From: Myxococcales bacterium
GTDB taxonomy: Bacteria; Myxococcota_A; Polyangia; Haliangiales; Haliangiaceae
Assembly (NCBI GenBank): GCA_016708565.1
Contig: JADJFN010000037.1
Coordinates: forward strand, 1 to 64,000
DNA: 64,000 nucleotides
Direction: 5' to 3'
Each line of letters begins with the position of its first letter. Positions within the stretch are counted from its first letter, which is position 1. The position numbers and the translations under genes are program-made. This document shows, one piece after another, positions 18,785-29,135 of the stretch. The notes under the pieces are model-generated. The model searched no databases and was not told the origin of the DNA. It worked only from the letters and a program-made list of their open reading frames with translations.

Positions 18785-19719
18785 CATGCGCGCCGCACCC
18801 GCGGGTCGATCAGGCCGTAGGCCACGTCGACGGCGATGTTGACCAGCACGTAGCTGGCGGCGATCACCAGCACGCAGCCCTGCACGACGGGGTAGTTGCG
18901 CTCGCGGATCGCCGCCAGGAGCAGCGAGCCCAGGCCCGGCCGGGCGAACACGTTCTCGATGATGATCGAGCCCGACAAGAGGCTGCCGAACTGCAGACCG
19001 GCCACCGTGACCACCGGCATGATCGCGTTGCGCAGCGCGTGCTTCCAGACGACGACGCGCTCGGGCAGGCCCTTGGCCCGCGCGGTGCGCAGGTAGTCCT
19101 CGCCCAGCACCTCGACCATCGCCGAGCGGGTCATGCGCGCCAGCATCGCCATCAGGTGGGTGCCGACCGCGAACGCCGGCAGGATGATCGCCGTCGGGCC
19201 GACCTCGAACGGCCCCGGCAGCCAGCCCAGATCGACGAAGAACCACAAGAGCAGCAGCGGCCCCAGCAGCATGTTGGGGATCGCGATGCCCGACAGCGCG
19301 CCGATCGCCGCCAGCGTGTCGAACCAGGTGCCGCGCCGCAGCGCCGCGTAGATGCCCAGCGGCAGCGCCATCATGATCGCGAACCCCAGCCCGACCAGCG
19401 CCAGCGCGACGGTGTGCGGGAACGCGTCGCCGATCAGCGCCGCGACGGTCGGCTTGCCCTTGGGATCGGGGCACTGGTGGCCGAGCGTGCGGTCGGCGAC
19501 GTTGCCGAGGAAGTTCCAGAACTGCTCGGGCATCGACACGTCGAGGCCCATGCACTGCTCGATCTTCTGCCGCTGCTCGGGCGTGGCCTCGCCCCCCGCC
19601 AGCTGATCGACCGGGTCGCCGGGGATCACGTGCAGGAACAGGAACACCAGGATCGACACCCCCAGGAGCGACAGGAGGCCCAGACCCAGGCGGCGGAGGA
19701 TGAATGCGCCGAGCGGCAC
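18784..19719 (-). CDS. ABC transporter permease, DppB/OppB-like
   Basis: N-terminus [36 protein letters not shown]; EAA-like motif [21 protein letters not shown]. Confidence 0.85.
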   Translation of the reverse strand: MPLGAFILRRLGLGLLSLLGVSILVFLFLHVIPGDPVDQLAGGEATPEQRQKIEQCMGLDVSMPEQFWNFLGNVADRTLGHQCPDPKGKPTVAALIGDAFPHTVALALVGLGFAIMMALPLGIYAALRRGTWFDTLAAIGALSGIAIPNMLLGPLLLLWFFVDLGWLPGPFEVGPTAIILPAFAVGTHLMAMLARMTRSAMVEVLGEDYLRTARAKGLPERVVVWKHALRNAIMPVVTVAGLQFGSLLSGSIIIENVFARPGLGSLLLAAIRERNYPVVQGCVLVIAASYVLVNIAVDVAYGLIDPRVRRA

Positions 19720-19761
19720 GAGCCCGTCGAGGGTACGCGCGCGCTCGGGCGGTGTCGATCG

Positions 19762-21018
19762 TCAGCGCTCGGTGTCGCGTCGGCGCCGGCTGTGCTCGAC
19801 GGCCACCGCGGCGGGGTTGATCCGCACCTCGGCCGGGCCGTCGCCGGGCGCGTCGACGGTGGCGCGGTCGCCGGGGCGCACCCAGGCGTGCAGCCCGCGG
19901 GCCTCGGCCACCGCGGTCAGCTCGTCGGCGCGCGCGATCGCCGCCGCCGCTGGCGACGCCTCGCCCTCGACGACCACCGCGCCGGCCGCCCGCGCGCACG
20001 CCACCAGCGCGATCAGCCCGCTCATCCGCTCGCCGACCCAGATGCCGCCCGGCGGCAGCACCGCGGCGTCGCCGGCCATCGTCGCCACCAGCACCAGCAG
20101 GTCCTCGACCTCGGCGGCGCGCGCCACCGTCGGCGCGGCCCGGCCGGCCGCCGCCAGCTTGAACGGCGCGCGGGCGTAGTCGCGGGCCACCGTGGCCAGG
20201 CCGTCGACGGTCGGCGGCGCCTTGGCGACGCGCTCGTGGAGGCGGCCGTCGAGCAAGAGCAGCTCGACCTCGTGGACCGCGGCCCGCACGTCGGCGTCGC
20301 CGTGCTTGCGCAGCCGGCGCATCGCGCGGTCGAGCTCGGCCGGCAGCCGGGCCAGCGCGCCGACCACGTCGAGCGAGCCGCGATCGCCCAGCGACGCCAG
20401 CGTCGGCAGCATCGCCACCCGGCCGACCGCGCTGCCCGGCCCGACGGTGGCGCCGTCGAGGCGGACGCTGCGCGCCAGCGCCGCGACGCCCAGCCGGCGC
20501 TCGACCGCCAGCATCATCGGCGCCGCCAGCGCGATCGCCAGCGTGACCTCGGCGGCGGTGAACGCCTCGGGGGCGCGCCGCTGCAGCACCAGCACGCCCA
20601 GCGCGCGGCCGCTGGTGGTGAGCGGCACGCCGAGGTACGCCGGGAACCGCTCCTCGCCCAGGCCCGGCACCAGCTTGAAGTGGCTGTCCTGGGGCCCGAC
20701 CGCCACCGACACCGGCCGCAGGCACTCGGCGCACAGGCCGGTCAGGCCCTCGCCGAAGTGCAGCCGCACCGCGCCGATCGTGCCGGCCGGGAAGCCGTGG
20801 TTGCCGCGCATCACCAGCCGGTCGCCGCCGTCGTCCGGTTCCCGGACGTACGCGCTGACCACGTCGACGTCGGCGATCGTCGCGATCTCGCGGCACATCG
20901 CGGTCAGCGCGACCTCGAGCGGCGCCGGGTCGCTGGCCAGCCCGATCAGGCGGAGCACGCCGTCGACCGAGTGGTCACCGGCGTGGTGGATCTGGACCCC
21001 GGCGGGGAGCGTGCGCAT
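19762..21018 (-). CDS. GAF domain protein with degenerate PEP-utilising (PtsP/EI-Ntr-like) region
   Basis: GAF-like N-half. C-half resembles the EI N-terminal/phosphohistidine region ([22 protein letters not shown]), but the His is replaced and the TIM barrel is missing. Start [12 protein letters not shown] chosen downstream of the track M. Confidence 0.6.
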   Translation of the reverse strand: MRTLPAGVQIHHAGDHSVDGVLRLIGLASDPAPLEVALTAMCREIATIADVDVVSAYVREPDDGGDRLVMRGNHGFPAGTIGAVRLHFGEGLTGLCAECLRPVSVAVGPQDSHFKLVPGLGEERFPAYLGVPLTTSGRALGVLVLQRRAPEAFTAAEVTLAIALAAPMMLAVERRLGVAALARSVRLDGATVGPGSAVGRVAMLPTLASLGDRGSLDVVGALARLPAELDRAMRRLRKHGDADVRAAVHEVELLLLDGRLHERVAKAPPTVDGLATVARDYARAPFKLAAAGRAAPTVARAAEVEDLLVLVATMAGDAAVLPPGGIWVGERMSGLIALVACARAAGAVVVEGEASPAAAAIARADELTAVAEARGLHAWVRPGDRATVDAPGDGPAEVRINPAAVAVEHSRRRRDTER

Positions 21019-21107
21019 GCCGCCAGTGTGCGCGATCGATGTTTCCGCGCGGTTTCGCCGCGCCCCGGCCGCGGTCGGGGCCGGCGCGGCTGGCGTATCC
21101 TCGAGGC

Positions 21108-21749
21108 ATGTCGCCGCGCCTCGCCCTGATCGCGCTCGGGCTCGCCGCATGCGGCACCCGCGCCACGCCCCCGCCGCCCACCCAAGAGGTCGCGATGAAG
21201 CCGCCGCCGTCCTGCCTCGAGCAGCTCACCGTCGATCACGGCCAGTCGGTGCTCACCGAGCAGCGCTCGCTGGGCCCCGCCGCGTTCGACTTCCAGCAGC
21301 GGTTCGCCGCCGCCGACATCGATCGCGACACCCAGCTCCCGGTGGCCGCGACCGCCGCCTACCAGATCGGCCAGACGCCGCTCCTGTGGTGGAACGCCGC
21401 GCGCACCGAGGCGGTGGTCAACGCCGCGGTGCTGTCGGAGCTGCGGGTGATCGACGCGACCAACCTCGCCGCCGGCAGCACCGAGGCCGTCGGCCAGCTG
21501 TCCGAGCTCGGCGTCGGCCACATCGCCGGCCGCGACCTGCTGAAGTTCCTGATCGCCGCCCGGGTCATCGCCACCTACGTCCACATCGGCGCCGAGCTGT
21601 GCATCGTCGACGAACAGGACGGCCCTGCCGGCTACCAGGCCCGGGTCACCGGCCAGCACACGTACTTCACCAACGACAAGCACGTCGAGCCGCTCGCCTT
21701 CACCGTCACGATCGACCCCGCCGGCGTCATCGCCGTCCGCGGCGACTGA
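21108..21749 (+). CDS. Lipoprotein, hypothetical
   Basis: MSPRLALIALGLAACGTRA lipobox. Confidence 0.55.
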   Translation: MSPRLALIALGLAACGTRATPPPPTQEVAMKPPPSCLEQLTVDHGQSVLTEQRSLGPAAFDFQQRFAAADIDRDTQLPVAATAAYQIGQTPLLWWNAARTEAVVNAAVLSELRVIDATNLAAGSTEAVGQLSELGVGHIAGRDLLKFLIAARVIATYVHIGAELCIVDEQDGPAGYQARVTGQHTYFTNDKHVEPLAFTVTIDPAGVIAVRGD

Positions 21750-21816
21750 CGCCCGCGTCGAGGCTCGGCGCCGCGCGTTTCGCACGGGGTCACCGCACCG
21801 CCTTCGTGCGTGGGCT

Positions 21817-21972
21817 CTCGCGTTTCGGGTGGGGGCCCCACGTCTTGTGGGGGAGGGTCTTTTCGAAAGACCCTCTCGCGGGTGCACGGCCAGCGTCGGT
21901 GGCCAGGCGTCTCGCGTTTCGGGTGGGGGCCCCACGTCTTGTGGGGGAGGGTCTTTTCGAAAGACCCTCTCT
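21817..21972. repeat. Tandem direct repeat, two copies of a 62-nt unit spaced 94 bp apart, each ending in a perfect 10-bp-stem hairpin (gagggtcttt-tcg-aaagaccctc)
   Basis: Unit ctcgcgtttcgggtgggggccccacgtcttgtgggggagggtcttttcgaaagaccctctc occurs at about 21817 and about 21911. A degenerate partial copy (cgcgtttcgcacgggg) lies near 21765. The element sits between convergent genes. Confidence 0.8.
21950..21972. terminator. Candidate bidirectional intrinsic terminator hairpin; a second identical hairpin lies at 21856-21878
   Basis: 10-bp perfect stem gagggtcttt/aaagaccctc, 3-nt loop, followed by tctctat. It abuts the stops of convergent genes 21108..21749(+) and 21973..22461(-). Confidence 0.4.
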
Positions 21973-22461
21973 CTATAGCGGCGCGGGCGCGCAGAACTTC
22001 TGCAGGTTGTCGCCGAGGCGCTCGCCCGGCTTCGGCACCGGCTCGCCGCCGTGGGACACCATCAGCGCCTCGGTGCGGCACTCGTAGCGATCGCGGCAGT
22101 CGTCGTTGCTGTCGCAGGTGCGCATGCAGTAGCGGACCTCGGAGGTGCGCGGCACGCACTGGCCCTTCAGCGTGCAGACCTCGTCGAGCGTGCAGCGGTC
22201 CTCGGTGAGGTCCTCGGCCGCCAGGTCGCACGGCTTGTTGCCGAACGACGCCGCGTAGAACCGCACGCACACCGCCTCCTCGGGGCAGGTGTTCCAGTCG
22301 CAGCCCTGCTCGGTGCAGTAGCCGCCGGGCGAGGTGGTGTCGCAGACCAGCGCCTGGTTGGTGCCGTCGCCGCAATCGAGGCTGCTGGAGCACTCGTCGC
22401 CGATCTCCTTGCCGCACGCGGCGGCGAGGACCAGGACGGACAAGACAGCGAGACGGCTCAT
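21973..22461 (-). CDS. Cysteine-rich secreted lipoprotein
   Basis: MSRLAVLSVLVLAAACGKE lipobox; 18 Cys in 160 aa (CSSSLDCGDG...CDTTSPGGYCTEQGCDWNTCPEEAVC). Confidence 0.55.
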   Translation of the reverse strand: MSRLAVLSVLVLAAACGKEIGDECSSSLDCGDGTNQALVCDTTSPGGYCTEQGCDWNTCPEEAVCVRFYAASFGNKPCDLAAEDLTEDRCTLDEVCTLKGQCVPRTSEVRYCMRTCDSNDDCRDRYECRTEALMVSHGGEPVPKPGERLGDNLQKFCAPAPL

Positions 22462-22570
22462 GCGGGCGCGCATCCTAGCAGGCATTGGGGGGGACACAAC
22501 CGGGACGGCGGTTGGACTGCGGGGCCCCGGGGTGGGTTGCCTTGGGCCCGCAACCAGGCGATGAGACGCC

Positions 22571-23023
<453 letters not shown>

Positions 23024-23055
23024 AACCGAATCGCCGCGGCCCTGTCTGAGCGGGC

Positions 23056-24432
23056 ATGCGGGTCCTGGCCATCGCCCTGTTCGCGACCGCGGTCGGCTGC
23101 GCCCACGCGCGCCCCGCGCCCTCCGACCCCGCCGCCGACCTGACGGCCGCCGACGCCGAGATGGACCGCTCCGACGGCGACGACGGCGTGGTCGCCGCGC
23201 CCGGCCCCGACGGCGTCGGCGAGGTGTGGCAGGGGGGGCCGGCGGTGATCGATCGCAAGCTCGAGATGCTGCGGCAGCTGGTGGCCGCCAGCCGTGGGAC
23301 CGAGCAGCTCGCGGCGCGGGCCCGGCTGTTCGAGCAGCTCGACACGTCCCCCGACCCCGCCCATCGGGCCGAGGCGCTGACCATCGCCGCCGCGCTGGTC
23401 GCCGAGCCCGGGTTCGCCGCGCTGGCCCAGGCCGACGCGGTGCTGTACGGCCACGGCGTCGCGCTGCAGCGCGCCCGCGACGACGCCAAGGCCCGCGCCG
23501 CGTGGCAGCGGCTGGTGGAGGTCTACCCGCGGTCGCGCTGGGTGCCCTCCGCGATCGTCGCGCTGGCCGACCTGGCCTTCAACGACGGCGACCTCGCCGC
23601 CGCGACCGCGCTGTACCCGCGGGCGTTCGCCGATCCGATGGTCGGCGCCTACGCCCGCTACAAGCGCGGCTGGTGCGCGTTCAACCTCGGCGACGGCGAG
23701 CAGGCGCTGGCCGACTTCCTCGACGTGGCTCGCGCCGGTCGCGACCCGCTGCGCGCCGAGGCCCTCAAGGACGCGGTCCGGGTCTACGCGCAGGTCGGCG
23801 ACGCCGCCAAGGCCGCGCCGTTCTTCCGCGCGATCGATCGCGATCACCTCGGCGAGCACCTGCTGCGCCTCGGCGAGACCTACCTCGACGTCGGCAAGCT
23901 GCGCGAGGCCCGGCGCGCGCTGGCCGACGCCCAGCCGCTGCTCGACGCCGCCGGCGCCTGCCGCGCCGAGGCCGCGATCGCTCGCGCCGCGTGGATCGCC
24001 GCCGACCGCGCGGGTGCGGCCGCGTCGCTCGCCGCGCTGGCCGGCCGCAACCCCGACCCGGCGTGCGCCGACGCCGCGGCGGCGCTGGCCAGCGAGGTCG
24101 CCCGCGCGCTCACCGTCGAGGCCCGCCGGCTCGCCGGCGACCGGGCCGCGGCGCTCGCCGCCTGGGCCGTGGCACGGACCCTCGCGTCGGCCGGCCCGCG
24201 CCGGGCCGACACCGCGCAGGCGCTGGCCGAGGTCGCCAGCGAGCACGCCACCGCCGTCGGCACCGCCGCCGCGTGGGCCGCGGCCGCCGAGGCCGAGTAC
24301 GAGGCCGCCGCCGCGGGCGTGGCCGGCGCCGTCGACGCGGCGCTGGGGGCGTGGGGCCGCGCGGTCGCGCTCGACCCCGGCCTGGCCAGCCGCGCCGCCG
24401 CCGGTCGCGCGCTGCTCGAGCGCCTGCCGTGA
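23056..24432 (+). CDS. TPR-repeat lipoprotein
   Basis: MRVLAIALFATAVGCAHA lipobox; Ala-rich TPR-like helices. Confidence 0.65.
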   Translation: MRVLAIALFATAVGCAHARPAPSDPAADLTAADAEMDRSDGDDGVVAAPGPDGVGEVWQGGPAVIDRKLEMLRQLVAASRGTEQLAARARLFEQLDTSPDPAHRAEALTIAAALVAEPGFAALAQADAVLYGHGVALQRARDDAKARAAWQRLVEVYPRSRWVPSAIVALADLAFNDGDLAAATALYPRAFADPMVGAYARYKRGWCAFNLGDGEQALADFLDVARAGRDPLRAEALKDAVRVYAQVGDAAKAAPFFRAIDRDHLGEHLLRLGETYLDVGKLREARRALADAQPLLDAAGACRAEAAIARAAWIAADRAGAAASLAALAGRNPDPACADAAAALASEVARALTVEARRLAGDRAAALAAWAVARTLASAGPRRADTAQALAEVASEHATAVGTAAAWAAAAEAEYEAAAAGVAGAVDAALGAWGRAVALDPGLASRAAAGRALLERLP

Positions 24433-24480
24433 GCCCGTCTTCGTCGTGCGGCGCCGCTGATTCGCGGTAGCTTCCGCGCC

Positions 24481-25995
24481 ATGCGCGTGCGCCTCGGTCT
24501 CGTGATCGCCCTCGTCGGCTGCGGCAGCCAGGTCACCGCCCCGCCGATCGTCGTGCCCAGCGAGCCGGTCCGCGAGGAGGCGCTGGAGATCGACGCCGGC
24601 GCGCCCTACGCCAAGCTGTTCGCTGCGGACGCGCGCTGGGAGTTTCCGGCCGCGACGTGGCTCGGCGCCGGGCCGCCGCCGACGATCACCTGCTCGGTCG
24701 AGTCGCCCCGCGGCTTCGAGCGCGCGCGCGTCGGCTACCTGCGCTGCGCGGCCGATCGCGAGCTCGGCGCGATGTCGGGGGCGATGCCGCGGTTCGGCGT
24801 CATCGCCACCGCGCAGGGGCTGTGGTTCACCGAGCACCTGACCACCGTCACCCAGGTCCCCGACGACGAGGCCGCGGCGCTGGCGTGGGCCGCCAGCGAG
24901 CCGATGCGCATCGGCGCCAAGCCCGCGCCGGTGTCGTACCAGGCCCACGCCGACGCCACCGCCGACGCGCCCGCGATCGATGGTCGCATCGAGACCTTCG
25001 CGTTCGGCGACGGGGCGTGGTGCACCGCGATCGAGAACGCCGCCGCCGGCGACGCCGGCCGGGTGGTGCTGTGCTTCGACGCCGCGCGCGGCCTGATCGG
25101 CGGCGGCGCGGCCATGGCCAGCCGCGGCATCGTCACCGCCGCGCTCACGTTCGGCGAGACGCCGCCGCCGCCCGAGTCGGCGCCGTTCGAGACCGACCTC
25201 GACGTCGACGTCGAGGCCGTGACGCTGGTCGCGCCCGGCAAGGGCAAGCGCGCGCCGCTGGCGCTCACCGCCGCCGCCGACGGCGCGCAGCCGGTCGCGT
25301 ACCAGATCAGCGCCCACGCGATCTCCGACGACGGCGCCGGCAAGCCCGCCGAGGCCGACCAGCCGACGCTCTACCTGCGCGGCACCGCCGCGGTGACGCT
25401 GATCGAGCCCAGCGGCCGCTTCCGCTACGGCTTCACCGTCGAGGAGGCCACCGCCACCGGCCCCGGCACGACGCCCGCGCTCACCACCGGCATCGCGACC
25501 CTGGTCGGCGCGGTGTTCTCGACCGCGGTCGATCCCGACGGCCGGGTCGCGGCGCGCAAGGTCGTGGTCGCGCACCCGATCCCGACCACCCCGCTGGTGG
25601 TCGGCCAGGTCGCGCAGTCGATGGACACCTTCGTCGCGTTGCCCACCGCGCCGATCGGCCTGGGCGCCACCTGGACCTCGACCTACCCGACGACGCTGCT
25701 CGGCCAGGAGGTCACGGTGACGGTCCGCTCCAAGCTGGTCAGCCGCAAGGGGCCGATCGCCGTGATCAGCTCCGACACCGCGATCGCGCCGATCGTGCAG
25801 GCGGTCAACGGCGGCACCGCGCGCCTCGAGGCCAAGGGCACGATCACGACGGTGCTCACCGCGGGGCGGCTGCTGCCGACGCGGGCCGCCGAGCTGCGGC
25901 TGATCGCCTCGGTCGAGCCCACCGCCGGCGTCGCCAACCCGGCGCGCCGCGAGCGCCACGAGCTGCACATGCGCACCCGCGTGCAGCCGAAGTAG
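24481..25995 (+). CDS. Lipoprotein, hypothetical
   Basis: MRVRLGLVIALVGCGSQ lipobox; no known domain. Confidence 0.55.
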   Translation: MRVRLGLVIALVGCGSQVTAPPIVVPSEPVREEALEIDAGAPYAKLFAADARWEFPAATWLGAGPPPTITCSVESPRGFERARVGYLRCAADRELGAMSGAMPRFGVIATAQGLWFTEHLTTVTQVPDDEAAALAWAASEPMRIGAKPAPVSYQAHADATADAPAIDGRIETFAFGDGAWCTAIENAAAGDAGRVVLCFDAARGLIGGGAAMASRGIVTAALTFGETPPPPESAPFETDLDVDVEAVTLVAPGKGKRAPLALTAAADGAQPVAYQISAHAISDDGAGKPAEADQPTLYLRGTAAVTLIEPSGRFRYGFTVEEATATGPGTTPALTTGIATLVGAVFSTAVDPDGRVAARKVVVAHPIPTTPLVVGQVAQSMDTFVALPTAPIGLGATWTSTYPTTLLGQEVTVTVRSKLVSRKGPIAVISSDTAIAPIVQAVNGGTARLEAKGTITTVLTAGRLLPTRAAELRLIASVEPTAGVANPARRERHELHMRTRVQPK

Positions 25996-26031
25996 CGACG
26001 GCGCGCTCGACCGGTCGCGGCGCGGGGGTGG

Positions 26032-26148
26032 CTACGGGCCGACGTCGGCCGGGCCGGCGGCGATCGACTGGTTGAGCGCGGTGACGAGCGTGACGATGTC
26101 GTGCAGCGCGCGTCGGGCGCGCCGCGTGATGCGGGTCAACACCATGGG
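26032..26148 (-). CDS. Candidate small protein (38 aa) with strong Shine-Dalgarno
   Basis: GAGGAG lies 6 nt upstream of ATG (cgcGAGGAGtcacccATGgtg). Peptide MVLTRITRRARRALHDIVTLVTALNQSIAAGPADVGP. Confidence 0.25.
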   Translation of the reverse strand, partial: PMVLTRITRRARRALHDIVTLVTALNQSIAAGPADVGP

Positions 26149-26444
26149 TGACTCCTCGCGGCGCCTCGCTGTGCGCCCGCCTGATCGACCCGTTGGTCGC
26201 TCGGAGGCGCGGCGGCGTTCATCGCCCGCGCGAGTTTCGATCACGCGGCGCGCGGCGCGCGGTCGCAGCCGCCGACGGTGGCGTCGGGGGCGCGCTTTAC
26301 CGTCGCTGCGGGGCGTGCCAGACTCGCACCCTTCGCTGCCGGACGCCCTGCATCGCTCGGCGTGACCACGATCCCAAGGCTGGTGTCCATGTCGAACAGC
26401 AACCACGACGCGCGGGTGAAGGCCTCGGACCTGGGGCGGCCCTC

Positions 26445-27710
26445 GTGAGCGGCTACGATCTGGGCAGCGGCTTCATCGCGCCCGGCTCGGCGGCCGACGC
26501 CGGCACCGCCGTGGCCTACCTGCGCTCGCCGCTCGCGGTGCGGGTGCGGTCGACCAACGTGCTCGAGGCCGGGCTGCTCGGCGAGCTGCGCCACTTCCGC
26601 GTCGACCGCAGCCGGGTCGAGGCGGTGGCCGATCTGGTCATCGCGGTCACCCGCGCCAACTACCCGAACCTGCGCATCCCGGTGCACGGCCGGGTCGGGC
26701 ACTTCCGGGCCGGCGGCGTCGATCGCGTCGCCGAGCTGACCGAGGCCTGCGGCGGCGACGGCGTCGCGGCCGAGGCGCTGGTCGATCTGGTCGTGGTCAG
26801 CGTGCTGCTCGACGCCGCGGCCGGCGACACCTGGCGCTACCGTGAGGCGGCGACCGGCCTCGAGCTGGCGCGCAGCGAGGGCCTCGCGGTGGCCAGCCTG
26901 CGCGCGTTCCAGGCCGGCCTGTTCTCGGCCGACGCGCTGTTGCCGCTGCGGGTCGACGCCGCCGCGCTGCGCGGCATCGACGAGGCCACGCTGGGCGACG
27001 CGCTGCAGGTGGGCCCGGTCGGCGACAACGCGCTGGTCGGCCTCGAGGGGCGCGCCGGCCTGCTGCGGCGGCTGGGCGAGGTGCTCGACGACAACGCGGC
27101 GCTGTTCCCCGGCGGCCGGCCCAGCGGCCTGCTCAAGGTGGTGAAGGATCGCGGCGGCGAGGTGCGCGCCGCCGACCTGCTCGGCGATCTGCTCGAGGGC
27201 CTGGGCCCGATCTGGCCGGGGCGCCTCGAGCTCGGCGGCGTCAACCTCGGCGACTGCTGGCGCCACCCGGCGGCCGGCGGCACCGGCATGTCGGCCGGGC
27301 TGGTGCCGTTCCACCAGCTCTCGCAGTGGCTCGCCTACTCGCTGTTCGAGCCGTTCGAGCTGGGCGGCGTCAAGGTCGTGCAGCACGGCGCGATGACCGG
27401 CCTGCCCGAGCACCGCAACGGCGGCCTGCTGCTCGACCTCGGCGTGCTCGTCCCGCGCTACGACGCCATCACCCGCAACCTCTACCCGGTCGACGCCGAG
27501 GTCGTCGTCGAGTGGCGCGCGCTGACCGTCGCCCTGCTCGACTGGGTCGCCGACGCCGTCCGCGAGAAGCTGCAGGTCACGCCCGACCAGCTGCCGCTCG
27601 CCCGCATCCTCGAGGGCGGCACCTGGCACGCCGGCCGCCAGCTCGCCCGCGAGCGCCGCCCCGGCGGCGGCTCGCCGATCCGCGTCGAGAGCGACGGCAC
27701 CGTCTTCTAG
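26445..27710 (+). CDS. Conserved hypothetical protein (possibly DUF1688 family)
   Basis: GTG start whose GTGA overlaps the stop of a 19-codon upstream ORF (26389..26448). 421 aa. The C-terminal 36 bp are duplicated beyond the downstream transposon-like insert. Confidence 0.5.
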   Translation: MSGYDLGSGFIAPGSAADAGTAVAYLRSPLAVRVRSTNVLEAGLLGELRHFRVDRSRVEAVADLVIAVTRANYPNLRIPVHGRVGHFRAGGVDRVAELTEACGGDGVAAEALVDLVVVSVLLDAAAGDTWRYREAATGLELARSEGLAVASLRAFQAGLFSADALLPLRVDAAALRGIDEATLGDALQVGPVGDNALVGLEGRAGLLRRLGEVLDDNAALFPGGRPSGLLKVVKDRGGEVRAADLLGDLLEGLGPIWPGRLELGGVNLGDCWRHPAAGGTGMSAGLVPFHQLSQWLAYSLFEPFELGGVKVVQHGAMTGLPEHRNGGLLLDLGVLVPRYDAITRNLYPVDAEVVVEWRALTVALLDWVADAVREKLQVTPDQLPLARILEGGTWHAGRQLARERRPGGGSPIRVESDGTVF

Positions 27711-27724
27711 CCAGCCCCCAGCCG

Positions 27725-27885
27725 GGTCGCCCGTCGGGTCGTCGCCCGCCGCGGGGTCGCCCGCCGCCGGGTCGCAGCGACTCGGATCATGGGTCGCCCG
27801 CCGCCGGGTCGGGTCGGGTCGCCCGCCCGCCGCCGGGTCGCAGCGACTCGGATCGTGGCGACTCGGATCGTGGCGACGCTCGCCA
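27725..27885. repeat. REP-like repeat array, left flank of RAYT-like gene
   Basis: Copies of gggtcgcagcgactcggatc at 27769-27788 and 27835-27854. Nested repeats gggtcgcccgccgccgggtc. Tandem cgactcggatcgtgg x2. Confidence 0.7.
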
Positions 27886-28047
27886 GGCCGGCATGCGTCG
27901 CACCTCGCTGACCAGGTTCCGGCGGCTGGGATCGACGCGACAACGCAAGCGGGCGGCTAGACCACGCGCGGGATCGCGGCAAAGAGTGGCCCCGCGGCGA
28001 CGCGGTGGGCGCGCGCTATCGGCGCAATCAAGCGGCTGGAGGCGCTG

Positions 28048-29028
28048 TCAGGTGCGGACCACGGAGGCCGCGGCGTCGGGGCCGAGCTGCCATGGGAGGA
28101 CGAAGGCCGTCGGTGGCGCGATGTAGAAGCGCGCGCGGGCGAGGGCCCCGTGTGGGTAGGCGCTGCAGAACGCTCGCTTGGCTGGCTCGCGCTGCTTGGA
28201 GTCGTGCGATGTCGCCCTGCGGTAGTGGTCGCGAAACGTGCGGTACGCGGTGCGGTACCGCTGCACCGCCGCAAGTGTCGAGGCGTGGCAGAGGGGCGCG
28301 GCGGAGCGCTCGACGTCGGCGGGGCGCTCGTCGGGGGACTGGCTGCGAACCCACTTGGCGCCGCGGGGTTTGGTGTGGGCGTACTCCTGCTCGATGCTGG
28401 CAACCAGCTGTTCGTGCGCCGCGCGTAGGGCTTTGGCGGAGCGCTTCTCCCAGACCGGTAGCGGCGCGAGCCTGATCGGGACCGACTCGCCGAGCTCCTC
28501 TTCGGGGAGTGGACGCGCGCGCTTGGCGTTGCGGCGGCGGACGTCGAGAGACGTGTACGTTGCGGGCAGGGCCATGTCGCCGAGCAGCGCCGGGGTCGAA
28601 GAGGCGCCCTCCCAGTCCTTCGGCGAGGCCACCAGCCCCGCCTTGGGGCCCTGCGCCAGGAGGTAGCGCAGGCGGGCGATCTGGGCGTCGTCATCGACCA
28701 CCGCGATCACCATGCCGCGTCGGCTCCAGAACGGACCTGTGCGCTGGCGGAGCTGGTTGATCTGTCGGGCGATGTTGGCGTGAACGAAGTCCAGGAAGAG
28801 CGGGAGTTGCGCCGGCTCGGTGGCCGAGACGAGGTAGTGGAGGTGGTTCGAGGGCGTTTCGAAGCCGTGGAGACGTACGCCCGGGTAGTGCTTGAGGGCC
28901 TTGCCGAAGACGCCCAGCACGATGGCGCGACATCGAGGATCTGGACGAAGCCAGAAGCGCCCCTCCAGCGTCTTGATCGTCACCTCGAGCAGCATCAACG
29001 GCAGATACCAGCGGATCCGATGCGCCAT
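28048..29028 (-). mobile_element. HUH Y1 transposase, IS200/RAYT-like (REP-associated tyrosine transposase family)
   Basis: HuH motif SNHLHYLVS. C-terminal motif PKAGLVASPKDW matches the RAYT consensus NPVKAGLV..P.DW. The usual GY in W.RG(Y) reads GM, so the protein is possibly inactive. Start could be M1 (29067) or M14 (29028). Confidence 0.7.
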
Positions 29029-29075
29029 GCGCGAGCTATCGGCCGCGCTCGCTTGCGGTTGCGTCATTCGCGGTT

Positions 29076-29135
29076 GCAGCGACTCGGATCGGGGTCGCAG
29101 CGACTCGGATCGGGGTCGCAGCGACTCGGAGCGGG
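29076..29135. repeat. REP-like 21-bp tandem repeat (gcagcgactcggatcggggtc, 2.8 copies), right flank of RAYT-like gene
   Basis: Same core motif (gcagcgactcggatc) as the left-flank array. Confidence 0.75.

Noticed and set aside
19762-21150. Functional PtsP/enzyme I-Ntr
   Set aside because: The phosphohistidine motif reads GERMSG instead of GGRTSH, and the PEP-binding TIM barrel is absent. Called as a GAF protein with a degenerate EI-like region.
29076-29135. CRISPR array
   Set aside because: Only 2.8 directly abutting 21-bp repeats with no spacers. The same motif flanks the transposase on the other side, so it is REP-like, not CRISPR.
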